Shown here: in pieces, positions 33,360 to 47,334 of the stretch
Numbering within the stretch: the first letter of the stretch is position 1
Layout of the letters: every line of letters begins with the position of its first letter
Origin: Lama glama
Lineage: Eukaryota
Length of the DNA stretch: 64,000 nt
Assembly (NCBI GenBank): GCA_028534125.1
Contig: CM052832.1
Location: 15,812,001-15,876,000, forward strand
Direction of reading: 5' to 3'
Position numbers and translations under genes: made by a program
Notes under the pieces: generated by a model
What the model saw: only the letters and a program-made list of their open reading frames with translations
What the model was told of the DNA's origin: nothing
The model's database searches: none

Positions 33360-36300
33360 ATGACAGCCCTCCTGCCGCTGCTGCTGGGCCTCAGCCTGGG
33401 CTGCACCGGAGCAGGTAAGGACATTCCCTCCTGGGACCCTCCCTTCCTCTGCTCCTTTGGAGTAAGAGGGTTAGTTTATTATTGGATTCGGACATTCCAA
33501 ACAAGTTGTCTCCCTATTATACACGCCTATAGCACTTTGTATTGTATCTTTGTCGCAACTTTAATCGTAATTAAGCTGTATAATTATTTGTGTTATAGAC
33601 AGTTCCTGCTGGAATGTAGGCAAAGGCAAAATCTGTTTTGTTTACTGCTGCAACCGCCTAGCATAGTACCTGGTACATAGCGAATGCTTCGTGAGCAAGC
33701 ATGAATATTTAATAATATAGCCAGCACAGGACAAAGCTAACTCTTTCCTTTGACCACCCCACCCCTTTTCACTCAATAATTTGCCTTACTGTAATAATAA
33801 GGTTTATTTTGAAATAGATATTCTTTAATTATTTTTCAATGTTCTATTGAATAGATTTAATATTATCTAAGAACTTATTATCTATAAATAAAAATCACAT
33901 TGAGAAACAACTCCTGATTGCTTCATAGAAAACGTCGAGAAAAAAATTAGGAAGACATTTCACACTTTTATGTCATACCTGGTTATTCCTTTGTGTGTGT
34001 GTGTGTGTAGATGTGTATGTATTTATCATAATATGACAATATTTAAGTATTTATTTAAATAAATAAAACATTTTCTTTTTTTAAAACAAATTTGGGGGGA
34101 GGTAGTTAGGTTTATTTATTTGTTTCTTTTTAATAGAGGTACTGGGGATTTAACCCAGGGCCTTGTGCATGCTAGGCATGTACTGTCCCACTGAGCTATA
34201 CCTTCTCCCACCTCCAAAACATTTTCAATTTTCTTTTTTGCCAGTTAAATAAAATAATTACTTCTAAAAATTAAAAAAAATTTTTTTTGCCTTACTGACA
34301 GTCTTATCCTGTGTTTACACATGCACATCACTTGGGGCCACTCCTGTCCCCATACTTGGTCTCACATAAAAAGGAGATGGGATCTAAAAAGTCCTCTGCT
34401 ACTACCATCTATTCCCTGAATGGGGACTCTTAGAGACTCTAGGACACGAGCTTGGTCAGGAGATGCTGCCTCCGGCAGGAACCTATACCGCAGTCACTGG
34501 GTGTAACTGAAGCTTGGACTCCCAGCAGAAGATGGTGACCTGCCCTCCCCTTCTCTGGCCCCTGTAGGTGGCTTTGTGGCTCACGTGGAAAGCAGCTGTC
34601 TGTTGGATGATGACGGGACACCAAAGGAGTTCAAGTATTGTATTTCCTTCAACAAGGATTTGCTGACCTGCTGGGATCCCCTGCAGGCCAATATGGTCCC
34701 TTGTGAATTTGGGGTGCTGCATGGCTTGGCTAAATACCTCTCAGATTTCCTCAACCGGAATGAAAACCTGATCCAGCGCTTGTCCAATGGGCTTCAGGAC
34801 TGTGCCACACACACCCAGCCCTTCTGGAAATCACTGACCCACAGGACACGTAAGGAGATGGGGGAGCAGAGGGACTGTTAGGAAGCATGGTTAGGAGAGG
34901 AGAGGTCAGGAAGGATCCCTCAGCTGGCGGGGGGGTTGAGATTTGGGCAGAAGAGAAGCCAAAAATGTGAGGACGTAGAATGTGGAGAGAGGGAGGGTTG
35001 ACCCTCAAGGGGAAACAAAGTGGCTGTTGGGGATGGGGCAGGGATGAGAAAGGGGAAGTGACCTTTGAGCGGGTGAGGGGCTATTGTGGGGAGAGTATGT
35101 GTGTTTTCTTTCTGTGCAGGGTATCTCAGGATGCAGATCCAAGTTCAACCAGGGGTTGAACTGTCAGAATAACCAGAATGGCTTTTCCCAAAATGCTCAT
35201 GCCTCTGTATCCCAGGTTCTGATGTTCCAGGTCTGGGATGGGCCCAGGCATGGTAATATTTGGGGCAGCCTCCCAGGGGATTCTGATGCATACTTTCTCA
35301 CCCTTCTTCGCTTGCGTTGAGAATGACTTGAGACTGACTCTATAGGGCAGAGTATTGTGTCTTAAGATGTGATTTCTCAGAATTGCCCCGGAAAGGTGCT
35401 TGTTAACAATGCAAGTCTTTGAGTACCACTACAGAGCCATCGAATGGAAATATCTGCAGATGCAAGTCAGAGAACCTGCATTTTATCACAATTCCTTGGA
35501 TTTTTATTTAAGATTTTGCTTGAAAAACACCAAGGCAAGCAGAAGGGTCACCTGGCAGACTAAACCATTAAAAGATGGCAAGATTACAAATAACAAGTTT
35601 CTACTGTATAGTACAGGGAATTATATTCAATACATTGTAGTAACCTATAATGAAAAGGAATATGAAAACGAATCTATGTATGCATATATATGACTGAACT
35701 ATTTCGCTGTAATAGTTGTAACATTGTAAACTGACTATACTTCAATTACAAAAGGATGGCAATATTAATAATCTCATTAAGTTGGACTACCCTAATCCAA
35801 ATTTAAGAGAGTTAGCCCTGAGTTAGTCTTGTTTCTTTAAACTATTCAAGGAAAAAAGGTTTTACTTAGCAAACTGATTTGTTAAATCAGATTTGAGGAC
35901 AGAAGTGTTTTCCTACCTTTGCAAACTGGACAATCATTAGCTTATGTAGTTGAAATAAATACAATGACTTCTGAAACAGCTTGCAGTTCAGACCCAGCTT
36001 CTACTTAATGATGCTCAAACATAATTTTAGAGGAGAAGAGAAAGGAAGGAGCCATGATGGAATGGGAGAAAAGAAAGAGTGAAGTGGAAATAGAATATAA
36101 CCCCCCATTTTCAAAGGGATGTATGGTGGAATGAGATGGGGCGGGGGAGGGGTGGGGTGTTTTGGTTGGCAAAATCCAAAAGAATTGAAGTAGGAAAGAA
36201 ACTAGGCTGGAGGAAAAGTCAGGAATATTACCCTCCTTTGTGACCAGTTTTTCCTCCTCTGCAGGGCCACCATCTGTGCAAGTAGCCAAAACCACTCCTT

Positions 36301-38470
36301 TTAACACGAGGGAGTCCGTGATGCTGGCCTGCTATGTGTGGGACTTCTATCCAGCTGATGTGATCATCACGTGGAGGAAGAACGGGCAGCCAATCTTCCC
36401 TCACAGCAGTGCCGAAAATATTGCGCAGCCCAATGGAGACTGGACGTACCAAACGGTCTCGCATTTGGCTACAACTCCCTCTTTTGGGGACACCTACACC
36501 TGTGTGGTGGAGCACATTAGTTCTCCTGAACCCATCCTTCAGGACTGGAGTAAGTGTGTGCAGATGGGAAGAATTAGCATGTAAGCAGAGAGCTACTGCA
36601 AGTGGGTGGTTGAAAAAAGACCAGTATTCTGGCAGAGGGTGTGTGAGATGTGTAGGTCCATGGTATACGGTTGAACGGAGGATGCTAAGAATCACTGAAT
36701 CTCTAGGAACTTACAGAGGGTTCATGACGAGAGATGGGGAAGGGGTACCAAAAGGAAAAAGAATTGGTTATTGTTGTTGTTGCCATGGTGATCTGGTTGC
36801 TGTTATCATGTGCTTGTCTGAGGGTGAGAGGGGAGAATGACTGTCCTGAAAAGAAGATGTTGATTTGGTAATGATGCAATATTCTAGGATCCTCGGATTT
36901 CAACTATTCTGTTGTCAGGTCAGGAATGGGAATTGGAGACCTAAAGAAGGTCGCAGAAGAAAGGAGACTCTCTCACAGTGTGGGGGCAGTACTGAATCTG
37001 GGCTGCTCTATCAGGGAGGAAAAAGCCATGGCTGGCAGACACTTTGGTGGGCATGCTTGGGGGCTACTGAACAAGGGCCAGACATCATTGTTTAAACCCC
37101 AGGGTGGAAGTAGTTAAAGGAAATGAGAGAAGAGAACACACAGATTTGGGGATTCTTGAGACAGTGAGAGGGGAAAAAATGAGGAAGAGGAAGGGTACAA
37201 AAGGCCAGGGACAGGATTCCAGACCGGCTGCTGAGCCCAGGCCCCTCCCCCCTCCCCGTGGGAAGTGTTGTGTCTTGCTGGGCAGCTGGGAAGGACATGA
37301 GGGGCGCGGCGTGGAACCCACCGGCTCCCCTGAGCTCTCCTGGGACCGCCTCCACAGCGTGCACAAGGAGTGTCCTTGGGTGGCGGAATGTTCATTTTAG
37401 CATTAAAGGAATCCGAGTGGGACAGGTCAGAGTAGGACCAGCTCCAGAAAGTGGGGGCAGTGGAGAAGGGTGGAGACAGGTTAGGACAGGACACATGGCG
37501 AATCTGGATGGGGGTGGATGGGAGACATGTAAGTTCTCAGCTCACAGAATGGAGCCATCAGAAGTTAGGAAAGGTGAAAAGACATGTTAATAGGAAAATG
37601 CTCAGGTAGTGCAAATAAGAGAGCAAATATTGTCACCATGGGTAAATGGAGAGGGGGAATAGGAACACTTTACTCTTGGACGAGGGTGTCTTTGGGGTGA
37701 AGGAAGACAACAGGCTGTCCTGAGAGGCCCTGCCATGTTAGTGAGGTGGAAACCAGGGTACTAACTCTGGGGGCCGTGGTTCCCCAGGGTTGCTCTGTGA
37801 GTAGAGATCCACAGGGTGGGGGTTTTGAGGAAAGATCATTTCCTTGGGAGTGGGTTGCTATGAGCTGGACCCTTGGGGTTGGCATCTTAGAACCTGCTAG
37901 GGGGAGGCTGCAGTAAATTAAGTTGCTCTGGGTGGGGATGAGCAACAGAAATTGGTTCTAGTAAGTCTGTCCTTGCAGCTCCTGGGCTGTCCCCAATCCA
38001 GACAGTGAAGGTTTCTGTGTCAGCAGTGACTCTGGGCCTGGGGCTCATCGTCTTCTCTCTCGGTTTGCTCAGCTGGCGGAGAGCTGCCTCCTCTGGTGAG
38101 TGACCCTTCTGAACGCTCACCCCCGATCTCTGCTCACGTTCTGTTTGTGACGGGTTCACGCATTGCTGCCCTACTGGCTGTGAATAACACCAGATTCTTT
38201 CATCTAATCAAATGTTTTCTTCTCTTAGGCTACATTGTCCTCCCAGGGTCCGTTTATCCAGAAGGTAACATCTCTGTTGGTCTGTTTGCCTGCTGGTCCT
38301 TTGGAGGGGGTGAGGGTTAGAGGAATCAGCGTTGGGTTCAGCTAATGGTGCTTATAGCAGGGGTGAGCATCTACCAGGATCTAGCTAAGAGTATGATGTT
38401 TTTTGTTCTTTTAATTCATTTTATTTTGAAGGGCGGAGGGGTAGTTAGGTTTGTTTGTTTGTTTGTTTGT

Positions 38471-38517
<47 letters not shown>

Positions 38518-38858
38518 TAGAGGCAGTACTGGGGATTGAACCCAGGACCTTGTATATGCTAAGCATGCGCTCTACCACTTGAACTATATCCTCCCAATAA
38601 GAGCATGATTTAAGCTGCCATTGTTGGGATTAGGTGCCAGAGAGAGGGAAGCCTAGCTCCTCCTCCTCTACCCTCTTCTACCCAATGGAGCGTCTGAAGG
38701 TGGCTTCCCAGTATTAGTGTTTGGTGATCTAGAATTTCCAATATTACTGTAGTAAGTGCTGTGGTATGGATGGTTATAGGGACAAACAATGGGGTCAGGT
38801 TGGCTTGGCGCTTTATTATTTCCTTTTTACTTCTTCTACAGGTCAGCACATTTCCTAG
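33360..38858 (+). CDS. DMB: MHC class II DM beta chain (263 aa), intact
   Basis: Exons 33360-33414, 34568-34849, 36265-36549, 37979-38095, 38229-38264, 38842-38858 (55+282+285+117+36+17 = 792 nt). Leader MTALLPLLLGLSLGCTGA, beta1 GGFVAHVESSCLLDD...YCISFNKDLLTCWDP, beta2 VMLACYVWDFYPA...PNGDWTYQT...YTCVVEH, TM, tail GYIVLPGSVYPEGQHIS*. Confidence 0.97.
34076..34215 (-). mobile_element. Vic-1-like SINE in DMB intron 1
   Basis: Consensus match; flanking AAAACATTTTC direct repeat. Confidence 0.85.
38399..38597 (-). mobile_element. Vic-1-like SINE in DMB intron 5 with expanded (TTTG)n(TTTA)n microsatellite
   Basis: Consensus match; TSD TAAGAG(T/C)ATGAT. Confidence 0.85.
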
Positions 38859-39159
38859 AGGTGGAATTCTACAGCTTCCACTCCAAGTGAGAAGGAGATT
38901 CAAACTCTTAGGGCTGCTGCTGGGCCCCTCCAACATCCTCAAACCCTCCACATATTCTTGGATCTTAGGGTTTCTCTATTCAGTTCTTTGAATTTCCCAG
39001 TCCCCGCTTAGCAACTTGGGGGAACTCATTCCTGGGAATATTCTGAAACCAAGGCTATGTCTCTGGGGTGAATATAATCTGGGGAGGAAGGTCAAAGACC
39101 CTCTTTGGGGTCCCCCTGTGCTACAGAGGGCAGTGAGTCGCTGGTGGTCATCTCTGAGG

Positions 39160-39165
39160 AATAAA
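39160..39165 (+). terminator. DMB polyadenylation signal
   Basis: AATAAA ~300 nt after the stop, with a T-rich downstream element. Confidence 0.75.
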
Positions 39166-40042
39166 CTCTGGTGGAAATACTGTTTTTTTCATGCTTTTTC
39201 CTGGGGCGGGACTGGGCAGAGCTAGGCGCTGGGCTTGATTTTCTCCTTGAGTGGAGGAGTCACGGTTTCCTCCCATTTTCCCATCTAGACACGGCAGAAT
39301 GTGGGGCAGTTTTCTGATTTATAATTCATAAGAAGACATTAACCTGTGGTGGGACGGAGTCACAGAGTAAGGGCTAAGTAGGGGATTAAGAGTGTACTTA
39401 TCTCATAAGGGATCTTAATGAGGATTAAATGAGCTCATACCTGTAAATGGCTAAGACCATTATCTGGCACATAGCGAGCCCACAATAGCGACATTAGCTA
39501 TTATCAGTCATTCAGTTTTCTGGGCCAGGCATTCTACAAGGTGCTTAACGTGTATTGTTGCATTTGATCCTCATCACAGCTCTGACACAGACCCTCAGAG
39601 AGCCAGGATTCAGGGGACGGAGCTTAACTTCAGATCTGAGTTCTGGGTGGTTATTACTTCCACATCCTGCATGGGATGGGAGCTTAGCTTGAGTGCTTAT
39701 CATGACCTAGGCACTGGCCTCCGTGACTTAAGTTTGCATCACATTCACTTTTCACAATTATCCCATAAGGAACAGATTGTCTTCCTCCAAGTCACTGACC
39801 AGGAAGCTAGGTTTAGAGAGATTAAATAACTTGTCTAAGATAAAAGAGCAAATTCGCTAGAGGATGTTTGTCTATCTGAGCTGGAAGTAACTAGGCTGCT
39901 TTGTTCTGAGGACCCTCCTGCTGGTAGCACACCACTCCTCAGATCATTCTTCCATTCCCTTCCACCCCAAACCCAAGGGGCATCCACTGCTGGGGGCTAG
40001 ATTTCACACGGTAGATTAAAGGCACTGTTTGTTCCCAGTGAA

Positions 40043-40062
40043 GGGCGACACCTGCTGGACAC
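40043..40062 (-). promoter_or_regulatory. Candidate CTCF site downstream of DMB
   Basis: Minus strand GTGTCCAGCAGGTGTCGCCC resembles the CTCF core. Confidence 0.5.
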
Positions 40063-41335
40063 AGAAAGCTGAGCTATGGAATTGCCTTTGGAATTAGAGT
40101 TGGATACTGGACTTCAGGCAATGATAATAAATTGGGAATGAAGACAAGTCCCGGAGGAGGAGTTTAGTCTAACAGAGAGTTGTGGAGGGAGAACAAGGGG
40201 TTTGGATGCCTGTCTGTGGGTGGGTGTCTATGTGGGAACACATATGATCAGAATCTGATGAGCTAGGGAGGGGTCAGAAGACAGACTGTGTGTGGACTCT
40301 TCCTGGGTGCTTCTCTGCATTGTTGTATGTGGGTGGGTGGAAGGGGTGGTCGTGGGGCCTGGGACCCTTCGTCCTTGCATGGTTTCTGTGTTGATGGGGG
40401 CCTGGAGAAGAGTTGGGGGTAGCACTGTTTATGCATACTTGAAGTGGGTGCTCAGTGTTTGTCCAATCAGGAAATTGATTTCCACCACATCCGTGGTCTC
40501 CCCAGAAGAATTCTTGTAAGCAGGGCAACTCTTCTGGAAGGAATTTAGTGAAGAAGTCAATGGGAGAGGAAAATGTTCATGAGTTCAAAATGGCTATTCT
40601 CTGAGAGGAAACAGTGGTGTGTGCTGTGTTAATCAGTAAATGCAGGCTCAGGAAACAATCTCTACAAATTGTATCAATTTTATTTTGTCTTTAAAAAGCT
40701 TTTGTATAACATTAATACATTAGTCTGTATGTCATGTAAGTAATCTTCCACTTCTCCTCCACTATGTGCTTTCTTTAATAACTTGCTCTTTGAAGTCTTG
40801 CCGTATTGCTTAATTTTCATTTCTCCATTCGCTGTTCTTGTTTTTTGTTTTTGCTTGTTTGACAAAGCTAATTTCTTCCGAAATTCTAGTCCAGTCTGGG
40901 GTGGGGCTTTGGGTCTTGTCTCTGCTTGGCCATTTGTGAAGGAGAAGCTGTACACCTGAAGGTCTGGGTCTGGTCTCAGCAGTGGAAATCACAGTGACCA
41001 GACTCCAGGAGAAGGAGGGAGGGAGTCAGCTAATTGGAGAGCTTCCAGTCCCCTTCTGAAGGTTCCCATCAGGCTTTTCTGTGCCCTCATCCTGTAGGTT
41101 TTTGTTTTATAGGGAAGGTTGTCCCCTTTCAGATAAGGGTAGGAAAAAATGCCACGTAGGTCTCCCGGGGTCTAGGAAGTGAGATTACAAGAGGGAGAAA
41201 AGGGAGGATGTATATGCTGTTACACAGGGGAGTGAGTGGTGCCTGGAAAGAAGGTAGAAGAAGGGTAATGATGGACCAGCTCCAGGACTGTGTGAGGAGA
41301 GTAGGATGTTACCGATCACAAAATACCATAAAAGG

Positions 41336-41366
<31 letters not shown>

Positions 41367-41405
41367 TGAGAGAGAGAGAGGAAGAGAGGAAGAGAGAGGA
41401 GAGAG
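41336..41405. repeat. Compound (TG)n(AG)n microsatellite
   Basis: Direct inspection. Confidence 0.9.
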
Positions 41406-43169
41406 TTGGACTTTCGGGTTATATCTATCCCAAAGATTGGTTCTCTCCTTTCAATGTCTTGCTTGTTTTAAAAACTGAACTTGAAGCTGGATTTGACTCT
41501 AAAGGTCATCTGGTCCAACTCTCTACCCGTAAAGGATGTGGGTTTGTGTTCATGAGGGCAGGCACTTCAACCCTTGGGCGGATACCAGTACTTTAGAGAA
41601 ATGTGTTGACCCTAATTTGGAGGTTCTCCTTTGGAACATTGAGGACAATGGGAATAAAACCAAATGCACCCTGGGAGGATGTCTCCTCAGTGTTTTTCCT
41701 GAGGCATCGCGTGCTCCTTTGTTCCAGGTTCTCTTTGTTTCTGTACTCAGGCACACATTCATGTGAAAGGAACAGACAAGGATTGGTATTTTCTCTCACT
41801 GTTTATTTTGGAAAATTATTTTTAGATTATCTTCTCAAGTAATTCTGTTTCCAAAGTAAAATTGGGGGAGTCAGATGACAGACGAGGGTGGAGTCGAACT
41901 CCATCCCCATTTTGGTCTTGGTTGCAGTGCCTGCTATTCCCAAGAGCTCTCCCACTGCCTTGAAGCAGGTCATGGGGGATTCCTCCCTAATGCTTCTTGC
42001 CACCCCTCGGCCAGACAGGTCCCCAGGATCTGCAGAGTGGAGATGCCCCAAACTCAAAGAGGTTGCTCCCAGACAAGGGGTCACTGGCTCTCCCGATGCT
42101 TCCTCTCCTGCTTTTCCATTGCATCTGAGGCTTCGAAGAGCCCCTGGCCAGAGTGGACTGGGGCAGGGAATGAAGAAATAAGTGACTTTCATTGTATCAG
42201 GGCCTCAACAGAAAACAGACGGCACACTCAAACCAGGGTAGTTCAAGGTGAGTCTGTTTGTAAGGAATTGTTTATAAGGAAGTGGGTAGAGGGAGGTACA
42301 GTAACCTGGAGCTGGCAGGTGCTGAGCTGTCACTACCCCGAGGAATGGGAGGGGTTATCAGAACTCAGAAGGAGGACAAATCCTGTGGAGTCCCCACCTT
42401 GCCAGCGGCAGTACCCTTCAGTCAAGGGACACAGCCAGCCTAAGGTAACCTTGCAGGGAGGGGGCCAAGGGAATAAAAACTCCTCCTCCCTCTGCTCTCC
42501 TGGACATGGCTGAAAGCAGGAGAAAGCCAGGGAGCCTGTGATGTCATACAGGTCAGTGCCCGGGGCAGACAGCAGGGTGGAGAAGTGCAGAGAGTAAGAC
42601 CTGAAGGCAGAGGGAGGACAGTCTGCAAGTTCACAATAGGAAGGAAAGAAGCCAAGGCTGGGGGGTGGGAGGGAGAAAGATGCAAAGCGTGGGCTTCCTT
42701 TGGCCTCGGACAAGCCCTCCGGAGCCAGAGAAGACCAAGCTTGTCCTTTCCTGCTGGAGGACCTGGGCTACCCATTTCCAGTTCTCCCTCTCCACCTCCC
42801 CCAGCCCCGCCCCAAAGTTTCTGTAACTCTTTCTGAATCTTTTTTTCATACATGGTTTACAGTAAGTTTATTGATCTCTGAAAATTAAATTAGAATTTTG
42901 CTTGAGATTATACTGACTATACAGAGCAACGTGGGGATAGTTGATTTCTTTTTACTATCAAGTCATCCCATGCAAAAGCAGAGGGTATTTTCCTTTTTAC
43001 TCAAATGACTTGTCTGCTCTTTATTGTGCTTTTTTAAAATTCACTTTTTCATAGTGATCTATATACGATCGGTTAATTCCTGGACATTTTAGAGCTTTTG
43101 TTGCGATTGTGATTGGTATCTTACTGTAATTTTATTTTCAAATCACTTACTTGCAGTAGAAACAAAACC

Positions 43170-46100
43170 AATTAAAAAAATTGTGGTAGAAAACACTTAA
43201 CATAAAATTGACCATTTAAACTATTTTAAAGTATACATTTCAGTACTTTTAAGCATATTCACATTATTGTGCCACAAATCTCTAAAATTTTTTCATCTGG
43301 CAAAACTGAACTGTTGTACTTACTAAACAACAACCCTCCATCTCCTGTTCTCCCCAGCCCCCAATGACCACCATGTTACTCTATGTTTCACTGAATGTGG
43401 CTGCTTTAGACATCTCATGTAAGTGTAATCATGCAGTATTTGTCTTCTCGTGACTGGTTTATTTCACTTAGCATAATGTCCTCAAAGTTCATCCATGTTG
43501 TCGCATATGACAGGATTTCCTTCCTTTTTTAAAGCTGAATAATGTTCCATTGTATGTGGAGACCACATTGTTTATCCATTCATCTATTGATGGACATATG
43601 TGTTTTTTCCACCTCCTGGTTATTGTGAATAGTGCTGCTATGAACATGGGGGTGCAAATACGTGTTCAAGTCTCTGCTTCTCTTTAAAAAAAAACAGAAG
43701 CCATCCTAATGGTGATATTTCATTGTGGCTTTGATTTGCATTTCTCTAATGATTAGTGATGTTGAATATCTTTTCATATGCTTGTTGGCCATTTGTCTAC
43801 CATCTTTAGAGACATGTCTATTCAAATCCTTTGTCCATTTTGAAATTTTTTTTTTTGAAATTGTTTTTGTGTGTGGTTTTATTTGTTGTTGCTGGGTTAT
43901 ACAAATTTAAAAAAATATATTCTGGATACTAACCTCTTATCAGATATATGATTTGCAAGTTTTAGAAAGTAACCAAATTTTGTAGGTTGATCATACATGG
44001 GGCAAGCTTGCTGGATTTTCTTACTGGTTTTAGTGTTTCATTTGTTACTGATATTCTCTCTCTTTATCTCTCTGCAGGCAGATACTGTATCATCAGCCAA
44101 CACTGAGAGTGTTCTTTCTTCCCTTCTAATCCTTAAAATTCATTACTTTTATTTTTTCATAGCACAGACCATGACCTCCAGCACTATGCTAAGCAGTAGC
44201 AGTGACAATGAGCATCATTCTTAAAGGAAATACACCTAAATGTTCTTCATTAAATACAATGTTTGCTGTCAGTTTTTAAAAATCAAACCCTTAATTTGAG
44301 ATAATTTTCGATTCACATGCAGTTGTAAGAAATATTACAAACAGATCCCTTGTACCCTTTACCTAGTTTCCCCTGACGACGACACCTTGCAAAACCATGG
44401 TACAAAATCACATCCGGGATACGCTGATACAGTCAAAATGCTGTATCACAGGGATTACTGTCATCACCAGGATCCCTCACATTGCCCTTTTATAGCCACA
44501 TCCACTTTTCTATTGCCCCACACCCTCCTTAACCTCTGGCAATTGCTAATCTGTTCTCCATTTTATAATTTTGTCATTGCAAGACTGTTTCATAAATGAA
44601 AATATACAGTTTACAACCTTTTGAGATTGGCTCTTTTCTCTCAGCATATTTCTCTGGAGCTTACACAAGGCTGTCGCATGTATCGGTAGCTCCTCCTTGC
44701 TGTTGCATTCCATGATATGGACATGGCACAGTCGGCTGAAGGGCATCTGGGTTGTTTCTAGTTTTTAGCTACTATGAATACAGCTGGGATAAACATTTAT
44801 GTACAAGGTTTTGTGTGGACATAAATCTTTCTTTCTCAGATAAATGCCTAGTAGTGTAATTGCTGAATTGCGTGGTAGTTGTATGTTTAGCTTGTTGAAG
44901 AAACTACAGGACTGTCTTTCAGAGTAGTTGTACCTACAGTATTATGGGTAATTCAGTGTTTCAGCATTTTTGCCAGCATTTGGTTTGGTCTATTTTTAAT
45001 TTTAGCCATTCTAATGGGTGTGTGGTGATATCTCACTATGTTTTAATTTGCATTCCCTAATGGTCTTTTGTATGCTTATTTGCCACCTGTATATCCTACT
45101 CTGTGAATTGCCTCTTCTTTTCCCTATTTTCTGTTGTTGTTGTTTTGTAGGGGGAGGTAATTAGGTTTATTTATTTTTTTAGTGGCGGTACTGGGGATTG
45201 AACCCAGGACCCCATGCGTGCTAAGCACACTCTACCACTGAGCTATATCCTCCCCACCTATTTTCTAATTAGAGTGTTTATTTTTACTGTTGAGTTTTCC
45301 ATTCTGTAGCTTATCTCTTCATTTTTTTTTACAAGTTTTTCACAGAGCAAAAGTTTTCCATTTGAATGAGGTCCAATTTATCATTTTTTTTAATGGATCA
45401 TGTTTTTAATGTCAACTCTAAGAATACTTTGCCTACCTCTAGATCTTAAAGATTTTCTCCTATTAAAAACTTTTTTTTATATTTTACAGTTTAGCCCATA
45501 ATCCATCCTGGGTTTAGCGGTTTCTTTTTCCTCTCCTCCTCCTCCTTTTTCTTCTTGTGCTATGGATGTTCAGTTGTTCAGCATGATTTATCGAAAAGGT
45601 GATCATTCTTCAATTGAACTGCTTTTTCACCTTTGTCAAAAATCACTTGGGCATATTTGTGTGGGTCTATTTTTTGGGTTCTTTGCCCTATTCCATTGAT
45701 CTATGTGCCTGGTCCTTCTCCAGTAGCACACAGTATTGATTACTGTAGCTATATAAGTCTTGAAGTCAGAAAGATTGAATCTTCCCACTTTATCCTCAAG
45801 ATTGTTTTAGCTATTCTAGTTCTTTTGATTTTCCATATAAATTTTAGAATACTTTTTCTATATCAATAAACAAATCTTGCCGGAATTTTGATACAAATTG
45901 AATTAAACCTGCATATCAGTTTGGGGAGAATTGGCATCTTCATTATGTGGAGTCTTCCGAACCATGGATAGGATATATCCCTGCATTTATTTAGATATTC
46001 TTTGATTTTTTAAATTAGTGCTCTGCACTTTTCAGCATACAACCTTAGCATGTGTTTTGTTAGATTTATACTTAAATATTTTATTTTTGACAAATTTAAA

Positions 46101-46250
46101 GTAATATTGATTTTTAATTTTGGTATTCATGTGTTATGAGTATATAGAAATACAATTGATTTTTGTTATGTTTATCTCATATCCTATAAACTTAACTGAA
46201 CTCACTTATTAGTTCAAGGAGTGTTTTTGTGGGCTCCTTGGGGTTTTTCT
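43170..46250 (-). mobile_element. Cluster of old L1 (L1M-type) fragments
   Basis: Typical antisense L1 3'UTR/ORF2 motifs (TTTCACTTAGCATAATGTCCTCAA, GCATTTCTCTAATGATTAGTGATGTTGA, CCATTGATCTATGTG). Confidence 0.75.
45132..45257 (-). mobile_element. Vic-1-like SINE inserted in L1
   Basis: Consensus match; flanking CCTATTTTCT repeat. Confidence 0.8.
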
Positions 46251-46253
46251 GTG

Positions 46254-46480
46254 TACAGTAGCCCATTGAACAACACAGGTTTGAACTGCGTGGGTCCACT
46301 TGTACACAGCTTTCTTTAAATAAATGAACACCTACTTTGGTCCTACACGATCTGCAGTTGGTTGACCCACAAATGCAGAGCTGCTTATATTGACAGCCTA
46401 CTGTAAAGTTATACTTGAATTTTCTATCGCACGAGGGTCTGCACCCCTAACCCTTGCATTGGGTTTTGGGTTCAACTGTA
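46254..46480. mobile_element. Tigger3/MER7-like TcMar MITE
   Basis: TACAG...TTGAACAACACAGGTTTGAACTGCGTGGGTCCACT...TCAACTGTA termini with TA flanks. Confidence 0.55.
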
Positions 46481-46711
46481 TAAAATCATGTCATATGAAA
46501 ATAGGAGTATTTAAAAATTTCTTCCTGTCTAATCAGTTTATCTTTTATTTTCTTTATTGCCTTATTGCACTAGCTAGAACTTCTAACACTATGTTGACTA
46601 GGAATGGTAGGAGTGAGTATGTTACTTTCTATACTCATTCATGTTTTTCTTTAATGATTGCATAATATATATTTTTCATCATTTTACTTTTAACCTACCT
46701 GTATTGTTACA

Positions 46712-47213
46712 CAAGCATACCTCAGAGATATTGCAAACTCAGTTCTAAATCATTGCAATAAAGAGAATGTCACAATAAAGTGAGTTGCATACTTTTTTGG
46801 GGGGGTTCCAGTGCATATAAATTTATATTTACACTGTACTGAAGTCTATTAAGTGTGCAATAACATTATGTCTAACAATAATGTACACAACTTTATTTTT
46901 CATTTATTTTTGTTTAAAAAAATTTTCCCCCTTTTTTCTGGGGGTGGGGAATTAGGTTAATTAATTAATTAATTAATTATTCATTTTAATGGAGGTGCTG
47001 GGGATTGAACCAGGGCCTCATGCATGCTAATCACACACTCTACTACTGAACTATACCCTCCCCACCTACCTACCTTAATTTAAAAGTAATGCTGTTGGAA
47101 AAATGGTGCTGACAGACTTGCTCAATGCAAGGTTGCCATAAACCTTCAATTTGTAAAAAACACAACATCTGCAAAGTGCAATAAAGTGAAGTCCAGTAAA
47201 ATGAGGTAGGACT
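46712..47213 (+). mobile_element. Tigger2a/MER28-like element
   Basis: CAAGCATACCTCAGAGATATTGC...GCAATAAAG...AAATGAGGTAG terminal repeats. Confidence 0.6.
46939..47065 (-). mobile_element. Vic-1-like SINE inserted in Tigger2a-like element
   Basis: Consensus match. Confidence 0.8.
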
Positions 47214-47334
47214 ATATTTGAACTGCGATTCTTGTAGTTCACATATCTGGGGCTCACCTTTTAAAAATCAACTGTACCAATCTCTTTTTTAATTGATGTG
47301 TTTAGACTCTTTACATTTGATGTAATTATTGATA

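Noticed and set aside
41827..42888. 212-aa and neighbouring ORFs
   Set aside because: No recognisable homology or exon structure; partly overlaps probable old LTR sequence.
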